NCBI GenBank assembly: GCA_030141605.1
Contig: JAQGDQ010002408.1
Coordinates: 1 to 64,000 of the forward strand
Direction of reading: 5' to 3'
DNA: 64,000 nt
Source: Tubiluchus corallicola
Taxonomy: Eukaryota > Animalia > Priapulida
How positions within the stretch are numbered: the first letter of the stretch is position 1; the number at the start of each line of letters is the position of its first letter. The notes under the pieces are model-generated. The model ran no database searches, had not been told where the DNA came from, and saw only the letters and a program-made list of their open reading frames with translations. Below, piece by piece: positions 52,954 through 61,010 of this stretch. A program made the position numbers and the translations under genes.

Positions 52954-55900
52954 TTATTTTATAATCAGATGTTTTCCTAAGGGGGCTTTATTGCCTATCG
53001 TAGTTCTTACATAGTATAATCCTTTTCTTATTTGCAAAGGTGTTTTTACTACTATCGTTGTATTATTATTTTGAATCTCTACTACGTTAAGAGGGGTAAT
53101 AGTTGCATCTGATTCGTTAATAATCTCTACAACTATATTGTCTTCGGTGATTTCTTCGGGATATTTTATATATATATCATCTCCCCTTGTAACAGGGTTG
53201 GGGTAAACTGTTAGCTCACTATTCATTACTGTAGGTTCACTCATAGTTGCAGGCCCTGTTATCCCTAATTGATGCACTCCTATATCTATTGTAGCACTTT
53301 GAGGAATGAGATTGTTATAATAGTCTTTGTCTGTGTTTCCTTCTATTTTTGTGCCTGCATTAATTGCCGGAGACTCTGATTTTATTTTATATTTTTGGTC
53401 TCCAGTTCCTGTATCCTCGAAAAGAGGGTTTCCAATAATGGGATTAGAATCTGGAGGAATGTTGGTTGTATCTTTAAGATAGTAGAGGTTATTGTTGAAT
53501 ATATTGTTCTTGCTATTACCTAAATCAAAGTTCGAGTTAACATCTATAGCATAAAATATGTTATTGATATACTCTGTATGGTCTGAATACTTTCCACTCC
53601 ATCCCTTGTGCCATATGTGAGTAACATCGCCTGCTGTTGTGTCAGCGTAGATAATATTGTTGTGTATCTTTGTATTGGTTGCATTGCCGGATGTTCTTAT
53701 AGTATGATTTTTGTTATTCTCAAATATGTTGTATCTTACTATAGTTCCGTCATTGAATCCTGTACCAGTACCACCTGTTATTAGAATGCCTGCCCATCCG
53801 TTGTCGTGGCTATAGTTGTATTGAAAGATAGTATTTTTCGCTCTATAATCGCTATCAAATCCTCCTGCATCTACACTGCCATCGATATAGACGGTGTTTT
53901 TTGCTTCGTTGTACTGCCACAAAGCACCATCTGTATTGAAACTAAACGAGGCGTTGCCACTTCCTTTCGTAGAGCAGAAGTTAAATAAGTTTCCTTCTAT
54001 TAGGGGGTCTTCTGCTACTCTAACAATAAGCCCATTAGCACCTATGTATTCTATTGTGTTGTTTCTAATAACTACATTGGTACTAGGAACCCAATTAGTA
54101 TTTACGTCTATAGTTCTTGTACTCCAAGATGATTGGTTGGCTATACCAGTTCTAGTTACATTGTGGATGTGGCAACCTTCTATCAATAGGTCGTCAAAGT
54201 AAGTGGGTACTTTTTTTCCTAAAACTTGTATGAATATCCCTCCGTTGTCCTTAGATGGTTCTCCATTCATAGAGCCTGCTACATCGTGAACATCAACATT
54301 GATTAAGTGTATATGATTTACTGCTCCTATGTCGTGAGCTCCTATATAGATACCTCTTCTAAACTTTGTTTTTTCAGCATTGTTGGTAACTTTGATGTTT
54401 CTTACCTCTATGTGTTCTTGGTTGAAAAAATATAGGGTATTTGTAATTTCTCCTTCTCCATTGATAACGGGCTTTTTTTCTCCTGTCCCATACCTATCAA
54501 TAACAATAGGGCTTCCTGCACTTCCTGAGCCTTTTATGGCTAACTGTCCATTCCATTCGCTTTCATTATTGAACAAAAGTTGTGAGCCTGCTCCGTAGAT
54601 GTGTGAGTTCACTTTATCTAAGGTTTTCCAGGCAGCTTCTGGACTTAGCCCATTGTTGTTGTCATTGCCTGATGCAGCATCTATATAGAAAGACCCTGTA
54701 ACTGTTACAGGATCCTCGTGCGTTCCTTCTTCCAATACTAAATAAGGTGCATTGCCTGTAGGATGCTCTTTAGAAGCAAAGTTTACATACTTGCTATCGT
54801 GTCCTGTTAATCTAAATGCAATATCTGTGTTTCCCCCTTCCACTTTCTCATTTACATAAGAAGTAACATCAAATTCACAGTAACTAAATTCATTAAATAT
54901 TACCTCTCCAAGTGCTACGTGTTCAAATCCTGTTGTTGGTCGGTTATTGTAGGTTAAATCATTCTCTGTCCAATTGGTGGGAGCGCCCTCTATAGTTATA
55001 AATTCTGCTGCATTGTTTTCTGTTTTTGTCACATATAGTAGTATTTTTGCCGATTTGAAAGAGCTGGCTTCTTCTGATAAGTCGTATTTAAGGTATGTTT
55101 CTCTGTTGGCAGTAGAAGACTCGTTGTTCAATTTCTTTGCCCTTACAACAGCTTCTTTGCCTCTTATGGTAGATGCTCCATCTCCTACTTGCACATAAGT
55201 ATCGTCTGTAGGTTTTAATTTATTGCCTGCTATATTTGGAATTACTGTAACATCAATTGAAAAGGAAAAATTAGTGTGTGTATTGTCGTTTGTTTCAGCT
55301 TCTATATCTAATACATAATTGCCAGCTGTGTTATACCTTGCTGTAATTGTAATTTCTGTAGATTCTTGTGCTGATACAGTTTTTTCATACTGTATTCCTA
55401 CTACTTCAGGGGAGCTTGATTGAATGTCGTAAAGACGCAAGGTAGTATATCCTTTATTTTCTACAATAAAAGTAATATCCCTTGTTTCTTCTTCATACAC
55501 GATACCTTCAAAGCTAAGTGTGTCTTGATATTTTATTTGTGTATCATTAAACAAAAGTGCCTGTTCTGTTGTGCTGTCTATTTGGGTTATAATAAGCTGA
55601 GGAGTATTATTACTTTCCTTTGTTGCAATACTTACACTACTGCCATTACCAGTAGCATTGTAGAGGCAAAATGATACAACACCTATAGTTCCTCCTTTGA
55701 GCTTTTCTTTTATGAAGCTTGTTATATCAATTTCGTTGTATGCTCCACTGGTCAAACCAGTTGTTGATGTTATAGGGGTTTCTTGATAAATAGCTGTATT
55801 TGTAGCCAAGTAGGAGGGTTGTGTTTCAAAACTAAGTCCATTTGTACCTGTTTCGTCCCAAGCATCTTTCATTTCAAACAACAACACCTCGCCTGAGGTT

Positions 55901-56184
55901 CCGCCTTCAACAAAAAGGTTTAAGATTACGTTTGCTATACTGTCTGATTCTACAGATTGATAACTATTGAGGTCAAAAGCAAAATAGGCTCTTCTAATAA
56001 AAGTACCATCTGTAGAATATTTACTTATCATTGTTTGCTCGTTGCCATAGTTATTGCTTTTATTGCTTCCACCCCTTACATAAGTGTCCTTGATAGCTTC
56101 GAAGGTATATTCGTAGCTACTTTTCGAATAAGAAAATTGAAATATGAAGATTATTATAACAATACTTAGAATAGATTTTTTCAT
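52954..56184 (-). CDS. T9SS-secreted multimodular protein: DNRLRE, Ig-like, DNRLRE, right-handed beta-helix, T9SS C-terminal domain
   Basis: KDTYVRGG...RRAYFAFDL and DDTYVQ...RETYLKYDL modules; YIDAASGNDNNNG.SP..AWKTL beta-helix start; LTVYPNPV...KGLYYV CTD. Confidence 0.8.
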   Translation of the reverse strand: MKKSILSIVIIIFIFQFSYSKSSYEYTFEAIKDTYVRGGSNKSNNYGNEQTMISKYSTDGTFIRRAYFAFDLNSYQSVESDSIANVILNLFVEGGTSGEVLLFEMKDAWDETGTNGLSFETQPSYLATNTAIYQETPITSTTGLTSGAYNEIDITSFIKEKLKGGTIGVVSFCLYNATGNGSSVSIATKESNNTPQLIITQIDSTTEQALLFNDTQIKYQDTLSFEGIVYEEETRDITFIVENKGYTTLRLYDIQSSSPEVVGIQYEKTVSAQESTEITITARYNTAGNYVLDIEAETNDNTHTNFSFSIDVTVIPNIAGNKLKPTDDTYVQVGDGASTIRGKEAVVRAKKLNNESSTANRETYLKYDLSEEASSFKSAKILLYVTKTENNAAEFITIEGAPTNWTENDLTYNNRPTTGFEHVALGEVIFNEFSYCEFDVTSYVNEKVEGGNTDIAFRLTGHDSKYVNFASKEHPTGNAPYLVLEEGTHEDPVTVTGSFYIDAASGNDNNNGLSPEAAWKTLDKVNSHIYGAGSQLLFNNESEWNGQLAIKGSGSAGSPIVIDRYGTGEKKPVINGEGEITNTLYFFNQEHIEVRNIKVTNNAEKTKFRRGIYIGAHDIGAVNHIHLINVDVHDVAGSMNGEPSKDNGGIFIQVLGKKVPTYFDDLLIEGCHIHNVTRTGIANQSSWSTRTIDVNTNWVPSTNVVIRNNTIEYIGANGLIVRVAEDPLIEGNLFNFCSTKGSGNASFSFNTDGALWQYNEAKNTVYIDGSVDAGGFDSDYRAKNTIFQYNYSHDNGWAGILITGGTGTGFNDGTIVRYNIFENNKNHTIRTSGNATNTKIHNNIIYADTTAGDVTHIWHKGWSGKYSDHTEYINNIFYAIDVNSNFDLGNSKNNIFNNNLYYLKDTTNIPPDSNPIIGNPLFEDTGTGDQKYKIKSESPAINAGTKIEGNTDKDYYNNLIPQSATIDIGVHQLGITGPATMSEPTVMNSELTVYPNPVTRGDDIYIKYPEEITEDNIVVEIINESDATITPLNVVEIQNNNTTIVVKTPLQIRKGLYYVRTTIGNKAPLGKHLIIK

Positions 56185-56220
56185 AGTTTTTTAATTTTAA
56201 TTAATAATTAAGGTTGGTTT

Positions 56221-57792
56221 TTAAGGAATATTCGGTATTCTGTAATCAAAATTAGACGTGCCGTCTACATTTAATAATTCCAATTTGTCAAAGTGGACTC
56301 TATGTCTTGCTGCCGTGCCGTCTTGATAAAAGTATATTGCAATACAATCTAAATCTGTTCTTTCAGAAGGTTTGGTGTTACTTCCATCTGCATTTACCCA
56401 CTCGCCACTATCGTCAGAAAAGTCAAACTCTAAATCAAACCATTGATCATTTTCATCCCATTTTTTTTCTACATATATTTCATCATCCCACACATCTCCA
56501 ATATTATCACCCCTATTTTGCAACACCAATCTTACTCTGTGAGGAGGATCTTCTCCAGTTCCTTCATTGGAATCTTTCCTAAAGGCATGAACTAATAATT
56601 TAAATTTGTTTTGATATTTCAAATTTAGTTTTCCTCCAAAAGGCTCAAGTAATGAGTGTCCATATAATTTAAAAAGTAGAGCATTTGGACCACCTTGAGA
56701 AGGTGTTGTTATCCTTACACATTTATCATCATTAGGATCGTAGCGAGGTATACCTTTGTCATCAAGGCTTCTATCAGTAAACATAGCACCACTACCACTA
56801 AGTACTCCCTCTATTACACCTAAAATACCATCACTATTCGTTGTTCTATTTATATCGAAAGGAGCAACATTTTCCGGCTCTGCCCAATGTGCATAGAAAC
56901 CTAGTGGTACATAAGTAATGTTTATATTTAATGGATCATCAATGGAGAATTCAATGGACTCTTCGTTTGAGCCAAAAGCGTTTATTGTTATGTCATAATC
57001 TCCATCTTCTTTGTATAAATGAGTAATAGTTATTGAGTCTTCTGAGTCATCTACTATTTCTGTACCGCTATCATCTCTCCAGTCTATTTCATAACGAACA
57101 ACATAATCTCCCTTAAGTGTAAGTGTAGCAATTCCTGCTTCGTTAGATACAGCAGAGGCAAAAAGGTTTTTTGGAGTATCTTTTATTTCTTCTATTTTAA
57201 TAGAGACAGTTGTGTCTACATTACCTTCACGTCCATGGGCTGTTATTTTTGCTGTATATGTTCCTGCATTTGCATAGATGTGTTTAACTACTGTTGGGTC
57301 TGCTATTTCAGTAATAGAGGTGTCCTCTTCATCGCCAAAGTCTATGTGGTACGAAACTACATAGTTTCCTGTAAGTGTAAATTTAACTCCTCCTGTTTCT
57401 GCCACCTCTGTTTCTACTTTCACATCTTCGGGAGTGCCTATGGTTACATCTATTGCTGTGCGGGCAGTGTCTTTGGTGCGAGGGCCATAGCCTATTAACA
57501 TAGCTTCATAAGCGATGTTTTTTAAATCGCTGTAAGTAAATTCTAACTCTTCGCCTTCGGAGGTTTCTTCTGTGCTTTCTGCATCACCAAAATATAGTTT
57601 GTAAAGATGGATATTCTCACCACCAAAGCTAAAAACTACTTGACCTGTTTCTTCATCTATTGTTGTTGCAAACTTAGTAATGTTAGGCTCACCGGGGTTG
57701 GGTGGATTGGTAAAGTCGTCTTCTTTTTCACAACTTAAAATAAGTGTAACAAATAGACTGCATAATGATAAATACAATTTTATACTTTTCAT
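56221..57792 (-). CDS. Surface lipoprotein with PKD/Ig-like repeats and a C-terminal beta-sandwich (candidate glycan-binding protein)
   Basis: ILSC-EKEDD; repeats YFGD, IDFGD..H.Y...GTY, IDWRD..H.Y...GDY; WFDLEFDFS...VHFDKL tail; lies downstream of susCD. Confidence 0.7.
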   Translation of the reverse strand: MKSIKLYLSLCSLFVTLILSCEKEDDFTNPPNPGEPNITKFATTIDEETGQVVFSFGGENIHLYKLYFGDAESTEETSEGEELEFTYSDLKNIAYEAMLIGYGPRTKDTARTAIDVTIGTPEDVKVETEVAETGGVKFTLTGNYVVSYHIDFGDEEDTSITEIADPTVVKHIYANAGTYTAKITAHGREGNVDTTVSIKIEEIKDTPKNLFASAVSNEAGIATLTLKGDYVVRYEIDWRDDSGTEIVDDSEDSITITHLYKEDGDYDITINAFGSNEESIEFSIDDPLNINITYVPLGFYAHWAEPENVAPFDINRTTNSDGILGVIEGVLSGSGAMFTDRSLDDKGIPRYDPNDDKCVRITTPSQGGPNALLFKLYGHSLLEPFGGKLNLKYQNKFKLLVHAFRKDSNEGTGEDPPHRVRLVLQNRGDNIGDVWDDEIYVEKKWDENDQWFDLEFDFSDDSGEWVNADGSNTKPSERTDLDCIAIYFYQDGTAARHRVHFDKLELLNVDGTSNFDYRIPNIP

Positions 57793-57824
57793 AATTCTTT
57801 ATTTTTTTGTTTCTATATAAACAT

Positions 57825-59420
57825 TTATTGCTTTTTCTTTTCAAAAGCACCTATGTCAATAACATCAACAGGCACAGTGTTACCTGCATAATCTTTTAGC
57901 ACATTGTCTGGTATTTCCTTCCCTGCATCAATAGCGGGTGAGCCTTCGTTTAGTTGAAATCTAAATGCTCCTTCTAAACCAAAGCCAAAGCTAAATAAAG
58001 GGTCTTCTTGTATATTGTCATTGCCTGTGGGTATCTCAGTGCCTCCTCCATTTTCGTAGTAAAATATATTATTGTCAAATGTATTGTTAGTGCTATTACC
58101 TTCATTGTTAAAGAGGTCGCAAGCCACTTCTGAGTAAAAAATATTGTTGTAATATTCTGTATTGTCAGAAGTTCCACTCCAACTTTTATGATAAACCATT
58201 CCTAAGTCCATCTTATCTTCTAAAGTAGCATCCGTATAAAACACATTATTATGTATAAGAGTGTTAGTAGCCAATCCTGATGTGCGAACAATGTGGGCTT
58301 TGTTATTAGCAAATACATTGTATCTGACGATAGTTCCATCATTAAATGGTGCGGTAGTAAGGTTGGAGGGTCCACCCGTTATAAGTATGCCCCCGTGTTC
58401 GTTATCGTGAGAGTAGTTGTATTGAAAGATAGTTCCTTTTGAGCGATAATCACTATCGAACCCACCAGCATCTACATCTTCGCCCGTATTGTGTGTAAAG
58501 CGAGCTTCATTGTATTGCCAAAGGGCGTCGTCTGTGTTGAACGAAAAGCTGGCATTGCCTGTGGTAAACAAACCACAACTATCGAACAGATTGTTTTCTA
58601 TCAGAGGAGATTTCGCAACTCTTAGTATCAGTCCGTTGCCTCCTATTTTTTCAAAGCGATTGCCGCGTATTACTACATTAAGGCTAGGTGTCCAATCACC
58701 ATCATCGGTAAAGGTTCTGCTCGACCAAGAGGATTTATTGGTCATACCCGATTGCTCTACATTGTGTATGTGGCAGTCTTCTACGACCAAACCATTAAAA
58801 TAAGTGGGTTTCTCGCTTCCTTTTATTTCAATGAGTATACCTCCGTTTTCTTTGCCTGCGTTGAAGTCATCGCCAGAAACTCCGTAAAAACCATTTACAT
58901 CATATATTTCCAAGCCTTTTAGGTGAATATGATTAACTTCTCCCATATCCTCTGCTATAATGTGAACTCCTACTCTCAACACACCTTTTTCTGCTCTTTC
59001 TTCTCCTTTGTTGGTAATCCTTAAATTTTTCAATTCAAAATACTCAATGTCTTGTAGCCTAACAGTAAAGGGATGTCTGCCGTTACCATTTAAGAGGGGT
59101 TTTTCACCTTCTCCATACATATCTATCACAATGGGGTTGTCTTTTTCTCCTTTTCCTTTTGGGGCAATAACTCCATCCCAAACTCCTCCTGCTTTTAGCA
59201 ATATTTTATCCCCCGGCTGAAAAGTAAGCCTATTCATATTTGTTATTGTTTTCCACGCTTTTTCGGGAGATTCTCCTGTGTTATTATTATCTCCGTTTAC
59301 ATTATCTATATAATATGTTCCTTCTTTATTATTGACTGGTGGCATACTGTTCCCTTCACTGTCTTTTTTACAAGAAGCGAATAAAAGGACACTTGCTACT
59401 ATAAATGCTGTTCTTCTCAT
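57825..59420 (-). CDS. Right-handed beta-helix lipoprotein, putative carbohydrate-active enzyme; paralog of the beta-helix domain of 52954..56184
   Basis: FASC-KKDSE; YYIDNVNGDNNNTG.SPEKAWKT; GNASFSFNTD.ALWQYNEA, DAGGFDSDYR, IFQYNYSHDN shared with the paralog. Confidence 0.78.
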   Translation of the reverse strand: MRRTAFIVASVLLFASCKKDSEGNSMPPVNNKEGTYYIDNVNGDNNNTGESPEKAWKTITNMNRLTFQPGDKILLKAGGVWDGVIAPKGKGEKDNPIVIDMYGEGEKPLLNGNGRHPFTVRLQDIEYFELKNLRITNKGEERAEKGVLRVGVHIIAEDMGEVNHIHLKGLEIYDVNGFYGVSGDDFNAGKENGGILIEIKGSEKPTYFNGLVVEDCHIHNVEQSGMTNKSSWSSRTFTDDGDWTPSLNVVIRGNRFEKIGGNGLILRVAKSPLIENNLFDSCGLFTTGNASFSFNTDDALWQYNEARFTHNTGEDVDAGGFDSDYRSKGTIFQYNYSHDNEHGGILITGGPSNLTTAPFNDGTIVRYNVFANNKAHIVRTSGLATNTLIHNNVFYTDATLEDKMDLGMVYHKSWSGTSDNTEYYNNIFYSEVACDLFNNEGNSTNNTFDNNIFYYENGGGTEIPTGNDNIQEDPLFSFGFGLEGAFRFQLNEGSPAIDAGKEIPDNVLKDYAGNTVPVDVIDIGAFEKKKQ

Positions 59421-59444
59421 AATTTATATTGTTTGTTGTTTATG

Positions 59445-60992
59445 TTAATAACCTGGATTTTGAGGAAATTCTCTCATTAGCTTTATTTGCGAGTCGTGTA
59501 TAGGCCATCTTACATTGTAGTTTTGTATGAAATCTCTACCCTCATCATTGTCCCCCTCATTCCCTGCATAGTTTCTTACTTGCTCTAATAGTTTCTCTAT
59601 TCTTTTCAGGAAGAACCATCTTTGTCCTTCAAAAGCTAACTCTCTGGCTCTCTCATCCATTATATCCTGCTCTGTTACTGTTTCCAAATCACTTATCCCT
59701 GCTCTTGTTCTCACTTTGTTAATGTGTTCTACTGCCTTGTCGTTATTGTTATTCCTCATATAAGCTTCTGCGGCTATTAAGTGTGTTTCTGCCAGTCTAT
59801 ATACAATTATATCGCTAAACCCTTCTCGTTTATCATCAGGTCCTGCAGGGTCATAATTTTTCCACAAACTTATAGCGGCCCTCCTACTATTAATAGGATT
59901 TTCGTTTAAACTTATTTTTAGGGTATCCCCTAAATCTGTATTGTTAGGTAAGTTATTGGGGTCATTGTAGATGAAAAAGTTTCTATAATAGTCATTGTAT
60001 CTCTTATCGTTTGTTTGGTCATACAATCCTAATAGATAGTTATTGGGTATTGCCCATCCAAGACAGTTTCCACCTTGTGATACATCGTGTATTATTCCAT
60101 CTCTTTCATAGTAGCGGGTTACAAAAATATAGAATAAATTGTGTTTATCACCTCCACCTCCTATTTCTTTTCTTGCAAAGTCAAATTGCTGAACATAAAT
60201 TGCTTCATCATGATTTCTTATTCCTGTATGTTTGCCAAATACGATATCTGTATCAAGCAACTGAAAATTACCACTATTTACAATTGCTTCGCAGTGTTCT
60301 ATTGCAGTATCCCAGTCTTCTTGCCACATAGCTGCTTTGGCTCTTATGTGCCTTGCTGATGCTTGGGTGTATCTACCCGGTAAGTCTGTCCATTCTAAGT
60401 GTTCTATGGCAAAGCCTAAATCGTTGTTAATCAAATCAAAAACATCCTCGGCCAGAGCAGGACTATATACAATAGTAGTATCTAGTGCTGATTCTGGTGA
60501 GGTAGGTTCAGTGGTTAAGTATATGTTGTCGAAAAGACGTATTAAAGTGAAATAAGCTTGTGCTCTATGGCATTTAGCTTCTGCTAATATTTGGTTTCTT
60601 TCTTCTTCGCTCATATCCACATTAGGAGCAGCTTTGATAATGGCATTAGCTCTCTCTATAATTCTATAACCTAACTTCCAAAGAGATTCAGCTGCCCCTA
60701 GTCTTACTGGATTAAATCTTTCAGGGTCATAATAGCGTTCTCTTGGATATCCTGTTCTTGGAGATGCAAGGTCTGTTATAACCCATAGTAGAGTGTGATC
60801 TTTAGACTCGTTTGAACTCATAATACTTCTTTCTCTGTTGTATAGAGCTACAACATTAGTTTTTAAACCCGCAAGTGTATTATAAACAAAGCTGTTGTCT
60901 ACTTCGGTAGGGTTGGTTTCTTCCAACCATTTTTTACAGCTACTCGATGAGAAAATGAGTATTATACAATATATAAATATTTTATTTTTCAT
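59445..60992 (-). CDS. susD: SusD/RagB family lipoprotein
   Basis: SSSC-KKWLE, EAKCHRAQAYF.L, YRLAETHLIAAEA, ERARELAFEGQRWF, QNPGY. Confidence 0.94.
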   Translation of the reverse strand: MKNKIFIYCIILIFSSSSCKKWLEETNPTEVDNSFVYNTLAGLKTNVVALYNRERSIMSSNESKDHTLLWVITDLASPRTGYPRERYYDPERFNPVRLGAAESLWKLGYRIIERANAIIKAAPNVDMSEEERNQILAEAKCHRAQAYFTLIRLFDNIYLTTEPTSPESALDTTIVYSPALAEDVFDLINNDLGFAIEHLEWTDLPGRYTQASARHIRAKAAMWQEDWDTAIEHCEAIVNSGNFQLLDTDIVFGKHTGIRNHDEAIYVQQFDFARKEIGGGGDKHNLFYIFVTRYYERDGIIHDVSQGGNCLGWAIPNNYLLGLYDQTNDKRYNDYYRNFFIYNDPNNLPNNTDLGDTLKISLNENPINSRRAAISLWKNYDPAGPDDKREGFSDIIVYRLAETHLIAAEAYMRNNNNDKAVEHINKVRTRAGISDLETVTEQDIMDERARELAFEGQRWFFLKRIEKLLEQVRNYAGNEGDNDEGRDFIQNYNVRWPIHDSQIKLMREFPQNPGY

Positions 60993-61010
60993 TTTTTATA
61001 GTGTTTTATT

